From an uncultured Candidatus Melainabacteria bacterium (GTDB taxonomy: Bacteria > Cyanobacteriota > Vampirovibrionia > Gastranaerophilales > Gastranaerophilaceae), in assembly GCA_937891325.1 (NCBI GenBank), contig CALAFU010000170.1, positions 1-49,213 on the forward strand: a stretch of DNA of 49,213 nt. Reading direction: 5' to 3'. Shown piece by piece: positions 1 through 7,982 of this stretch. Under the pieces are notes generated by a model. The model ran no database searches. It was given only the letters and a program-made list of their open reading frames with translations, and was not told the DNA's origin. The position numbers were made by a program, and so were the translations under genes. Position 1 is the stretch's first letter. The number at the start of each line of letters is the position of its first letter.

Positions 1-108
1 TACGTTGAGAAACTTTATAAAGAAACTGTTGAAAAGCCTGATAAAGATTCAAATTGGCAGTGGCGTTTAGCACAAGCAACAAATGCAACTTTACAAAATA
101 AGTGGTAA
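1..108 (+). CDS. hypothetical protein, 3' end (truncated by window edge)
   Basis: Frame 1 is open from the window edge to TAA at 106-108; the next gene's ATG follows 4 nt later. Confidence 0.4.
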   Translation, partial: YVEKLYKETVEKPDKDSNWQWRLAQATNATLQNKW

Positions 109-111
109 TTC

Positions 112-606
112 ATGAAATACAAATGTGTGGGTTTTGAAAGACTTGCCTTTAGCGGTTTTGATTTGTTTATAGATGATTACAATGATAGTGATAATTTGTT
201 TGCATCAGGGTGTATCATATTCTATAAAAAAGAGGATCTATTTCATTTTGTTTTGTTAGATAGGTTAGGGATTTGTATTAATGCCACAATAATACAATAT
301 ATTTTAAAAGATATTGTTGAAAAAAATACTTTAGATATTAAAAATTTATACATATATGGTTTCAATAAAGAAGAAGATAGATATCTTACAAATGAATGTG
401 TAGATATTGAACCTTTTTATATATTATACGAAAGGTTGTCTGATGGAAACAACATTTATTGTGATTGCGAAAAGTTTTGCATAGGTTTAGAAAGAAATCA
501 ATCATTAATTTTTAATAGTGCAAAAAGTATTTATGAGTTTATAAGAAAAAATAATTTAAAGCATAACATTATTAAAGTTGACAGATTGTTTAAATTGAAA
601 GTATGA
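112..606 (+). CDS. hypothetical protein (164 aa)
   Basis: ATG-initiated ORF tightly packed with its neighbours; its stop overlaps the next start (ATGA). Confidence 0.6.
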   Translation: MKYKCVGFERLAFSGFDLFIDDYNDSDNLFASGCIIFYKKEDLFHFVLLDRLGICINATIIQYILKDIVEKNTLDIKNLYIYGFNKEEDRYLTNECVDIEPFYILYERLSDGNNIYCDCEKFCIGLERNQSLIFNSAKSIYEFIRKNNLKHNIIKVDRLFKLKV

Positions 607-1712
607 AAATGTTATTAGAAGAGTATATAAAGCAAACATTGTGTAAGTTGTTGTTTGTAGAAGATTGGAATAGCTTTATAAAACGATTTCCTTCTTTATC
701 TGAAGATAATTTAAAAAATATATTATCACAATCAGATCCATCCTATCGAGAAGAAAAACAAGGTGTTTGCTCGGAATCAATTTTAAGGAATTTCACAAAA
801 GGCAATATTACAAAAAACGATTTGTCTAGGATTAGAGATTGTGTATATTTTGCAAGAGCATTCGATAAAGAGAATTATTTAATAAAGTCAAAAACATTAC
901 AAGATTATATAAATAATGCACAAGATATTTGTAAAAGCATTCCTATCATCGATAATATTGATGATACTAGAGTTAAAATAACACCTGCATTCAACGATAA
1001 ATATAAAAAATTAAAACAAAGAGAAACCTCACAGTATTTAAGACTTCGAGATGTTGCAAAAGTATTAAACAACAAAGCTGCTATTGTTTATGAGACAAGC
1101 AGGTATTTAATATTAAAAATTGAAAAATTTGAGACAGAAAAGTTATTTAACCACACTTCGTGGTGTATCAAAAAAGAAGATGTGTGGAAAGCACACACTT
1201 TAAATAAATTTCCTGTTTATACGATATTTGATAAAACAAATTATGATAGTTTTCAATTCGCACCATTTTCATTAAGTTTTGCTGAATTTGATAATCATTT
1301 GATTGATGATGCAGATTACTGTAATTTTAATGAAATTAAAAGTTTTATTTCGAATGTTTTAATTGAACAAAAGAATAAAAAACATTCATTTTCCATGAAC
1401 GGAAGTTGTTCCCAAATCATTTTAAAATATTTTATGAACAGTAATTTATATCAATATATAGATTATGAAGAGATAAAACAGTGTGTTTCAAATAAAGCTT
1501 TAAAAGGTAAATTGATAGTTTCATACATTTATCTTTCTGGAAATGCCTATGATGCTTTAACTTTGATAAAAGATACAAATTATGAAGCTTTGGAAACTTT
1601 ACCTGAACATATGTTTAATGTAATAAAACAAGCTTTACAAAATAAACAATTGTTGATAGATTATGGATTGGCTGATTTAGATATTAATAAAATATACGAT
1701 CATGTCAAATAG
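603..1712 (+). CDS. hypothetical protein (369 aa)
   Basis: Long ORF in AT-rich DNA, where long ORFs are unlikely by chance; start overlaps the upstream stop. Confidence 0.75.
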   Translation: MKMLLEEYIKQTLCKLLFVEDWNSFIKRFPSLSEDNLKNILSQSDPSYREEKQGVCSESILRNFTKGNITKNDLSRIRDCVYFARAFDKENYLIKSKTLQDYINNAQDICKSIPIIDNIDDTRVKITPAFNDKYKKLKQRETSQYLRLRDVAKVLNNKAAIVYETSRYLILKIEKFETEKLFNHTSWCIKKEDVWKAHTLNKFPVYTIFDKTNYDSFQFAPFSLSFAEFDNHLIDDADYCNFNEIKSFISNVLIEQKNKKHSFSMNGSCSQIILKYFMNSNLYQYIDYEEIKQCVSNKALKGKLIVSYIYLSGNAYDALTLIKDTNYEALETLPEHMFNVIKQALQNKQLLIDYGLADLDINKIYDHVK

Positions 1713-1719
1713 GTGATTC

Positions 1720-2274
1720 ATGAAATTTGCTAATTTAAATTATTTAGGTGCAACATACTTAACTGAAGATAAAATAGAAAGAGTTTATTTTTATAAAGTA
1801 TGTGAAACATTAATGCCAATATCGTTAAACTTCATCGATTTCATGAAGATCTTTTATATCGATTCCAAATGTGACATTAACACTTGTCTTTCAAATATTT
1901 ATTGTTTTGATTTGAATGATATAGAAAGTAACAATATTCATGTAAGCAATGAGATTTATATGAATAAAAGTTTTGTGAATTATTCACGACCTGTTGAAAA
2001 CGTTTGTTTCTTTTATTATAAAAAGAAACGTTATTTACAAATGCAAAACATTCTATCTTGGCAAAAGTCAGATGAGTTTAAGATAACAATTTCATCAGTT
2101 AGAAAAGTAAATCAATTTGAAGATATCTACCTAATTGCTGTTGTTGGTCAATTTAAACACTATATCAGTGTGAATTCAATTGAGTATAATAAAAATGTGT
2201 ACGGTTTGCCAGAATATTGTATATTAAAAAATCTAAAGTACAATAATATTCTAAAGAAATATGTTGAAGCTTGA
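1720..2274 (+). CDS. hypothetical protein (184 aa)
   Basis: ORF starting 8 nt after the upstream stop. Confidence 0.7.
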   Translation: MKFANLNYLGATYLTEDKIERVYFYKVCETLMPISLNFIDFMKIFYIDSKCDINTCLSNIYCFDLNDIESNNIHVSNEIYMNKSFVNYSRPVENVCFFYYKKKRYLQMQNILSWQKSDEFKITISSVRKVNQFEDIYLIAVVGQFKHYISVNSIEYNKNVYGLPEYCILKNLKYNNILKKYVEA

Positions 2275-2327
2275 CAATTGTTGTTTTTTGATTTAATATA
2301 TCAACATAAGTTAATGAGGACTTCTAA

Positions 2328-2675
2328 ATGCTACACCTGTTCAAAAAACTTCTTTCAAATAAACCTATTTATATAAAAAAGAAAAAGAATACAATTATAT
2401 ATTCCGTCAATCATAAGTTCATCACAAATGACTGGTTGTCTTTTCATATTTTAGGCCTAAAGAAAATAAACAACTATAAAGTTGTTGCCGTTATCAGAAA
2501 CATGCTATCTTGTGATATCTATGAAGTTGACGTCTATGAACTAAATATGTTTTATCAAAAGTTTGATAAATTTAACCTTTTGTTTAAAGGTCAGTTGGAT
2601 ATCTATAGTAAGAAATTGCATGATAGAAAAATCCCAATGATCGAATATAAAAATTATGAAACCATCTTTGTGTAA
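2328..2675 (+). CDS. hypothetical protein (115 aa)
   Basis: ORF preceded by GAGGA. Confidence 0.6.
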   Translation: MLHLFKKLLSNKPIYIKKKKNTIIYSVNHKFITNDWLSFHILGLKKINNYKVVAVIRNMLSCDIYEVDVYELNMFYQKFDKFNLLFKGQLDIYSKKLHDRKIPMIEYKNYETIFV

Positions 2676-2687
2676 AAGGAAAACGAA

Positions 2688-2909
2688 ATGTCTGAAGAAA
2701 ATATCAACGATTTCTTTGTAAAATATATTAATGAAAGTAAATCGAATCAAAATACTACATTTCCACAAAATGTAGGTAATACTATAATTTGTCCTAAATG
2801 TCATCATGATACTGGAATCCCTATGTTGTCAGGTGAAGTGGTCTATGCAGATAAACGTTGCCCGTTTTGCGGAGAAATTATCGTGCATTCTATGAATATC
2901 ATGTGTTGA
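2688..2909 (+). CDS. small zinc-ribbon protein (73 aa)
   Basis: Two Cys pairs, CPKCHH...CPFCG; RBS AAGGAAAA upstream. Confidence 0.65.
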   Translation: MSEENINDFFVKYINESKSNQNTTFPQNVGNTIICPKCHHDTGIPMLSGEVVYADKRCPFCGEIIVHSMNIMC

Positions 2910-2916
2910 GGTTTTA

Positions 2917-3303
2917 ATGAAGTATAGCTATTTAGCATGTACAAACGTAAACGATTGTATAAATAAGTTTACTTTTTTAAAAACATCAAAAAAGATTAAT
3001 AGCAAAGCTATTGTAAAAACAGTCAATGAGTTTATGAATCTATGTGCATTAGAGTTACAACAGAATAATGTAATTGCAATTCATGGTTATTACACTAAAA
3101 AGTCACATGTTACTTTTCACCCAATAGATAATACAAAAATTTATTCTGAAAGACCTATGACAGTTATGGTTGGTTGGAAAACTTTGCGTGATAAATTCAA
3201 AAGAATATTTGGTAAAGATGTAGAAATATCCCATAAAAAACATTGTTTATATATCATTGTTCAAAATACTAATATTGGAAGTAGTTTATTAAAAGACATT
3301 TAA
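2917..3303 (+). CDS. small protein, C-terminal IG-x3-L-x2-I tail family
   Basis: Ends NTNIGSSLLKDI-stop, the tail shared with the 38.6-49.2 kb array. Confidence 0.7.
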   Translation: MKYSYLACTNVNDCINKFTFLKTSKKINSKAIVKTVNEFMNLCALELQQNNVIAIHGYYTKKSHVTFHPIDNTKIYSERPMTVMVGWKTLRDKFKRIFGKDVEISHKKHCLYIIVQNTNIGSSLLKDI

Positions 3304-3320
3304 ATAGCGTTGAGGTTTTA

Positions 3321-3527
3321 ATGAATTGGAAAGATGCTAAAGACCTATTTATGGTGGCACTTATTGTGTTGGTTGCAAGTTGTTTTACATCTCAGTGCGC
3401 TTACGAACTTGGTAAAGATTATGCTAAAACTGAAGTTGCCAAAGAACTGTGCTCAAAAACTGAATACGATTTCTGTGTAAAAGTCCCACAGAGATCTATA
3501 TATACTCTTAAAAATGATATTGACTAA
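3321..3527 (+). CDS. small membrane-anchored protein (68 aa)
   Basis: N-terminal hydrophobic segment LFMVALIVLVASCF; GAGG RBS. Confidence 0.6.
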   Translation: MNWKDAKDLFMVALIVLVASCFTSQCAYELGKDYAKTEVAKELCSKTEYDFCVKVPQRSIYTLKNDID

Positions 3528-3546
3528 ATGAAAGAAAACAAACAAT

Positions 3547-3663
3547 ATGCTACAAAACCATGAAGAATTAAAAGAAGACTTCGATGAAGTTCCTGTAAAT
3601 GAAAATCAAAATTGTTATCCAGATGAAGATTGTTTGGAAATCTTAAAGAAATATGAAGGTTGA
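3547..3663 (+). CDS. possible small acidic protein (38 aa)
   Basis: ORF MLQNHEELKEDFDEVPVNENQNCYPDEDCLEILKKYEG found by hand; weak RBS. Confidence 0.3.
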   Translation: MLQNHEELKEDFDEVPVNENQNCYPDEDCLEILKKYEG

Positions 3664-3749
3664 ATGTCGTGTAAATATAACTTCTTAATTTAAAATGGTT
3701 GTTTAAAAATAATAATCTTTTGTTTTGTGTAATAAAATATGAATCAAAA

Positions 3750-3786
3750 AAAGACCTCTGTTCCTAATAGTTCAGAGGTCTTTGTC
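3750..3786 (+). terminator. rho-independent terminator
   Basis: 11-bp stem AAAGACCTCTG (3750-3760) pairs with CAGAGGTCTTT (3773-3783), 12-nt loop, T-rich 3' side; closes the left gene block. Confidence 0.75.
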
Positions 3787-4035
3787 GTAATTGTGTAAAT
3801 TTCTGTGTATTGTATTGTTGTATTTTTATGTATGGAAATGTGTAATGTTGCATATTAATCCTATTCCTGATATATAATATTGTTTAGTTGTTTTTTCTGA
3901 ATTAAGCTATCTTGTGTCATTATTTATTAGTATTTTAATTTATTAAATTGTTTTATCCTTTGTTTATATGACATGTGAAAAGATGATCAATATAGAAGAT
4001 ATGTGTATGTTATATGATGGTGTCGGTGTATTAGT

Positions 4036-4075
4036 TGTAATGTTGTATGATGTAATGTAATCTAATGTAATGTGG
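4036..4075. repeat. TGTAAT-rich short repeat cluster
   Basis: TGTAAT occurs at 4036, 4051, 4056 and 4066 within a G/T-rich low-complexity tract. Confidence 0.5.
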
Positions 4076-4360
4076 TATTAAAGAAATGAGAAAAGTGTTA
4101 AGGTCTGCGAAAGTTTGTAATGATATAACTGAAACAATAAAAGTTTTTGTATTGTTATAAAAAGAATAATTGTGGTGTGACTGTTCGTTGAAAGATTTAT
4201 TTAGGTGAAAATAGATAATAGTTCATATGAACTAAACTATCTTGAATTGATAATCGTTTGGTTAGACGGTTTGTTGTGAATGTAAGATATATATATAATG
4301 AAAATATAGTTCATGCCTAGATAAAAAAGGTTTAGTCACTCATAAGAAGTTGGTTATATA

Positions 4361-4950
4361 ATGAAAAATAAGTACATAGGTGTTACAAAAATATCAGAAG
4401 TAAAATTTAAACTGTTGATAAATGTTTTTGCAAAGAATTCACAACATTACAAATAGTAGAATTATTATATATAAATCGCAATATAGCCAATCTGTGGATA
4501 AACAAAATAAGAGACAGTATGTTTTTGTTGGTAGAATAATAAAAATACATATTGTGTTCAAATAAATGAAACATACCTTGCAAAATCAATAGAACCCCTT
4601 TTATAAATACCTTTCCCTATATGAAGAAATTATTGTTTTCTGTATATTCAATGAACACAAAAAAGCGTATGCTTTAACCATTGATAAATCTAGTAAAATT
4701 AAGACTCTTCCGATAATTAGAGATTGTTGTGCTAAAATGCAACCATCTTTACAATTGACACAGCGTTATATAATGGTTTAACAAAATTAAAATGATAACA
4801 GCACCCAGTTAATCTCATTTAAAAAAGTTCCCAAAACAATATGATGCTATGCGCTTTACCTCTAATAAATTTGAAGGTTCTGGAAGTTGAATGAAAGCTA
4901 GTTTATGTAAATTTAAAGATGTCAATTGAGATAGTTTACACCATATATCA
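4361..4950 (+). pseudogene. decayed IS1595 (ISXO2-like) family transposase remnant
   Basis: Hand translation across frames gives MKNKYIGVTKISEVKFKLLINVFAK / TTLQIVELLYINRNIANLWINKIRDSM / NKFEGSGS-stop-MKASLCKFKDVN. These resemble the N-terminal HTH and C-terminal INGIEgFWs.aKrrl.kf.G blocks of ISXO2-like transposases. Many stops and frameshifts; about 590 bp against about 900 bp for an intact gene. Confidence 0.55.
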
Positions 4951-5085
4951 CTGTACCTGTGTCTGTGTCTGTTTGGGGATTTATCATATACGTGATGATA
5001 CTTATCTGTTATTATTAGCTTGTTTTAGAACGAATATTCTTTAATCATTTAGATATGCTACCAAAATACGAGGTATTGTGCGTGT

Positions 5086-5113
5086 TGTGGATTGTGGATT
5101 GTGGATTGTGGAC
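5086..5113. repeat. tandem heptamer repeat, (TGTGGAT)x3 + TGTGGAC
   Basis: Direct reading: tgtggattgtggattgtggattgtggac. Confidence 0.85.
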
Positions 5114-5198
5114 TAAAGTTATGGTAATGCATGAAAAAGGAGAATTGTGAAGAGTATAGTGTATTGTTTCTCTACCGCTTTTTCAGGTATATATAAGG

Positions 5199-5351
5199 TA
5201 TCGAAAGGGAATAGAGCAATAGGAAACGGCAAGCGGGGCGCAAGTCCTGATATACCGAAAGCCTTAATTATCATATAGCAATATATGACATATCAGGGTA
5301 ATCAGTATAAAGGCTTGTTAAGTAGTGGAAACATAAAAACCCGCTTGCCGT
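5199..5351 (+). ncRNA. candidate structured RNA domain (unclassified)
   Basis: Starts with TATCGAAAGGGAATAGAG, which recurs at 5398. An 11-bp closing stem pairs 5227-5237 with 5340-5350. An internal 8-bp stem pairs 5246-5253 with 5290-5297. A possible pseudoknot pairs 5259-5265 with 5310-5316. GNRA-like loops GAAA and GCAA are present. Strand and ends are inferred. Confidence 0.35.
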
Positions 5352-5363
5352 CAAAATTCCTTG

Positions 5364-5392
5364 TTGACAACTGTTTATCTTTTTGATAATAT
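5364..5392 (+). promoter_or_regulatory. sigma70-type promoter
   Basis: TTGACA (5364-5369), 17-nt spacer, TAATAT (5387-5392) with TG at 5384-5385. The predicted start falls in the second TATCGAAAGGGAATAGAG copy. Confidence 0.6.
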
Positions 5393-5398
5393 ATAATT

Positions 5399-6190
5399 AT
5401 CGAAAGGGAATAGAGGAAAGCAAGGGATTTAAGGTATCAGTCAATAGATACCTACCATAATAGATAAAGCTTTTATTAAGCATTGTTTAACGTATAGGAC
5501 AGTGTTTAATAAAAGCTTTATTTGTTAAGGTATAGTATCCGATACTTGATAAGCTATTAAGCTGTTATATTGCTTGTTAATAAAGAGTGGTATAACAGGT
5601 TAATGACCTTTAATCAGTTATCATAAAGCGGTATAGCGAAGTGATGACAAAAAGGATTAAGGGGCTATCGGGTTCACGTGTGAAAAAGAAAGCACGGCGG
5701 AACTATACACAGAATAAATAAAGTGAATATAGGTCGTTTCGATTTTGTTGAGTTTAGAAACGACTAAATTCCTTAATCTTAAAATCAATTAAGGTTAAGG
5801 TTTCTTCATACTGTACTAAAAAAAATACAGTATGAAAAGCATTAAGGCGTTTTTATAGTTAAATAGAAATGCCTTGATAGATAATAACTCAACAGGTTGA
5901 AAAACCTTTAATGAAAATAGATGCATTTAGAAATAATTGCTTCTGTCGTTAAAGGTGAAAAAGCAGTTCGATGAACCGATTGACAAAAAGTTTCACGACT
6001 GCGAAAAGTCCTATCAGAATGATTTGGATTTGTCCAGTTCTGATTTGGTTTTGAACTCACTCCTGCTTTAAAGGTATGTGTGAAGTAGGCTGTGGAACAA
6101 AACTAAATAGAATTAGATTACTCTAAATCATTTTGATATTTTTAAGAACAAAATGGAATAAACTAAAATAGAATGAAATGGTTTATTCCA
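5399..6190 (+). ncRNA. candidate large structured noncoding RNA (about 0.8 kb, unclassified)
   Basis: No ORF of 60 aa or more, consensus promoter upstream. Dense perfect hairpins:
- 5432-5438 / 5447-5453
- 5464-5479 / 5506-5521 (16 bp)
- 5733-5740 / 5757-5764
- 5805-5815 / 5826-5836 (11 bp)
- 5844-5852 / 5867-5875
- 6155-6163 / 6181-6189

A long-range pair joins 5655-5662 to 5771-5778. The hexamer TTAAGG occurs seven times. The 3' end is not defined. Confidence 0.4.
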
Positions 6191-6208
6191 GATTAAGGAG
6201 AATGAAAG

Positions 6209-6394
6209 ATGTTTAAGAAAATTTTAAACTTTATGAACGACGATATGGTATTTTACTATGACCGGTCGTACCCTATTGAAAAGGGGTACACTGAAAACGA
6301 GAAAGTTTTGTGCGCCAAATGGCGTGCACGTCGTCGTTTAGTTGCTGACTGGTGGCGTCTCTGCTATCGTCAGGGATTGTCAAAATACTTCTGA
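6209..6394 (+). CDS. hypothetical protein (61 aa)
   Basis: AAGGAG RBS 7 nt upstream of the ATG; first gene of the G+C-richer block. Confidence 0.55.
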   Translation: MFKKILNFMNDDMVFYYDRSYPIEKGYTENEKVLCAKWRARRRLVADWWRLCYRQGLSKYF

Positions 6395-6413
6395 CACAAA
6401 AAGGAGGGGTGAA

Positions 6414-6653
6414 ATGATTTACGGGTTTCTCTTGATTGCCGTAGTGTTATTCACTACGGCATACGTTTGTTTCTGTATGGTGAATGAATTCATTCAAAAA
6501 CCGTACAGAAAGGAAAATTCTGAACGAGTCTTGATGAAAAAGGATTTTGTTCAGGGAAGGAAACAAATTCGTCCGGAATTGGTAGCATTGGCAAAAAAGC
6601 TGTCAATTGAAGATGAAATTGTAGATAACTACTATAAAAGGAGTATAAAATGA
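6414..6653 (+). CDS. small membrane protein (79 aa)
   Basis: Start moved to ATG 6414 behind AAGGAGGGG; TM segment IYGFLLIAVVLFTTAYVCFCMV. Confidence 0.6.
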   Translation: MIYGFLLIAVVLFTTAYVCFCMVNEFIQKPYRKENSERVLMKKDFVQGRKQIRPELVALAKKLSIEDEIVDNYYKRSIK

Positions 6654-6871
6654 GTAGTTTTATTGAGATAAAAAGTGGCCTTGTCAGAAAAAAAGATATT
6701 TCTGGTTTAACAAGGATAAACGAAAAAATCCCTTTGCACGGGGAATATTATGGAATCGAAGTGCATCTCCCAAGCACAAAAGTTTATTTGGGATTTGACT
6801 CTAAATCCGAACGAGATTCAGAGTTTAACAGAATTGCAGACGAACTTAAAAGAGAGGAGGGCGAATTATGA
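6650..6871 (+). CDS. hypothetical protein (73 aa)
   Basis: ATGA start/stop overlap with the upstream gene; AAGGAG upstream. Confidence 0.6.
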   Translation: MSSFIEIKSGLVRKKDISGLTRINEKIPLHGEYYGIEVHLPSTKVYLGFDSKSERDSEFNRIADELKREEGEL

Positions 6872-7104
6872 AACCAGAAGCAAAATTATTCTTGCGGGCA
6901 AGAAATCCGAAAATGAAATTAAACAAATGGTGGAAAAAGCTTCTGAAAGAATGTCCCTTTATGGGGTATGAACATGGAAGCATGAAATACCTTTCCATAA
7001 TGGGAAAAGACACGGGGGTCAAAATAAATTCCCCAAGGTTAATTAAAAAGAACCTTATCAAACGAAATATAGTAGGCGAAAATGGACAGCCCTATAATCA
7101 TTGA
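6868..7104 (+). CDS. hypothetical basic protein (78 aa)
   Basis: ATGA overlap with the upstream stop; GAGGAGGG RBS. Confidence 0.55.
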   Translation: MKPEAKLFLRARNPKMKLNKWWKKLLKECPFMGYEHGSMKYLSIMGKDTGVKINSPRLIKKNLIKRNIVGENGQPYNH

Positions 7105-7330
7105 CGTTGAATGGGAAGAAATATCCCGTTCAACGGAAGTTGTTATTGAACCTAAAAGAATGGTTCAGAAACAAAAGAGGAACAAAGTGGATAAAGTGAT
7201 ATCCACTTTGTTTTATTCAGAAATCGCTTTCATCGTCTTGCGGTTCATGTATGGGTGTTACACAAATTACGTGTTCTGGTCGGCACATGATGGCATCACC
7301 TTACACAAGGTGATTTTTGGAATGCCTTAA
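7082..7330 (+). CDS. hypothetical protein (82 aa)
   Basis: ORF overlapping the upstream gene by 23 nt; hydrophobic C-terminal half. Confidence 0.5.
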   Translation: MDSPIIIDVEWEEISRSTEVVIEPKRMVQKQKRNKVDKVISTLFYSEIAFIVLRFMYGCYTNYVFWSAHDGITLHKVIFGMP

Positions 7331-7342
7331 AGGAGAACGACA

Positions 7343-7564
7343 ATGAAGAGAATGAAAAGAGAGTTTTGCAGAGCTTCGAAAATCGACGCTGTCAATGATG
7401 TGTTGAAAGGGCGCTACGCCATTTACAAAACACGTCAAGGGTTGGAAATTGTCTTTCACGACAGTTACCGACCTGATATTTTGACTGACATCGAACGTCA
7501 GATTGAAAAGAACCCACGCGGAACGTGGTATTGCGAAAAAAATGCCTTTCTCAAAGGGCATTAA
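7343..7564 (+). CDS. hypothetical protein (73 aa)
   Basis: AAGGAG RBS upstream. Confidence 0.6.
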   Translation: MKRMKREFCRASKIDAVNDVLKGRYAIYKTRQGLEIVFHDSYRPDILTDIERQIEKNPRGTWYCEKNAFLKGH

Positions 7565-7577
7565 GTGACATTATCAA

Positions 7578-7603
7578 GAAGACATCTGAAATATGATGTC
7601 TTC
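7578..7603 (+). terminator. hairpin, possible weak terminator
   Basis: 9-bp stem GAAGACATC / GATGTCTTC with an 8-nt loop; poor U tract. Confidence 0.4.
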
Positions 7604-7637
7604 CTATAATTTCACTTGACAAGAAAGGAGTAAGACA

Positions 7638-7808
7638 ATGAAAAAACAATTTCATAGATTACTTTTGACAAAACGTCAAATGGAACATCAAGCTAAAGCA
7701 TATGCTGAACAGTTTGGTGAAGATTATCAGGAAGCTTTTGACGAGATGATGGAAGCTTGTCGAAAGTATAACAAGTTTATTCTAGAAGGGAGTAAATATA
7801 ATGAATGA
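7638..7808 (+). CDS. hypothetical protein (56 aa)
   Basis: Hand-found ORF MKKQFHRLLLTKRQ... behind AAAGGAG. Confidence 0.55.
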   Translation: MKKQFHRLLLTKRQMEHQAKAYAEQFGEDYQEAFDEMMEACRKYNKFILEGSKYNE

Positions 7809-7971
7809 AGAAAGAATTTGGAGTCGTCTGAAACCGATTTCATATGTTGTCATGTTAATCGGTTTTGCCCCGGCAATTACAACAGCTTTTGGTGACACGT
7901 ATTTGACTTTTGTTGATTACGTGTCGGCGTTCAGTGGGTTCTTCGGGGCTTGCTTTATTAACGAATTGTAA
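7801..7971 (+). CDS. small membrane protein (56 aa)
   Basis: Hand-found ORF MNEERIWSRLKPISYVVMLIGFAP...; overlaps the upstream gene by 8 nt; ends FGACFINEL. Confidence 0.5.
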   Translation: MNEERIWSRLKPISYVVMLIGFAPAITTAFGDTYLTFVDYVSAFSGFFGACFINEL

Positions 7972-7982
7972 AGGAGTTCATC

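Noticed and set aside
4407-4589. 60-aa minus-strand ORF inside the ORF-free region.
   Set aside because: It lies antisense within the decayed transposase relic, has no RBS, and is an isolated AT-rich chance ORF.
4361-4950. Possibility that the in-frame stops here mean stop-codon reassignment (alternative genetic code).
   Set aside because: The homology also jumps between frames, so there are frameshifts as well as stops. About 100 other ORFs in the window are intact under the standard code with TAA, TAG and TGA all used as stops. A pseudogene is the simpler reading.
5086-5113. Tandem repeats considered as a CRISPR array.
   Set aside because: The units are 7 nt with no spacers. No repeat-spacer architecture or cas genes occur anywhere in the window.
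5147-5278. 43-codon GTG ORF with an AAAGGAG RBS overlapping the first structured unit.
   Set aside because: I did not annotate it as a CDS. The spacing from GGAG to GTG is short (4 nt). The peptide is basic and featureless. The strong 11-bp closing stem extends 70 nt beyond its stop. It remains an open alternative, noted in the findings.
3664-6208. Search for tRNA, tmRNA or rRNA genes in the ORF-free region. Large phage ncRNAs often sit next to tRNA clusters.
   Set aside because: I found no cloverleaf-compatible segment and no GTTCGAATC/GGTTCRANYC-type T-arm. The sequence GGGTTCACG at ~5668 has no matching acceptor or anticodon arms. tRNAscan-SE should still be run.
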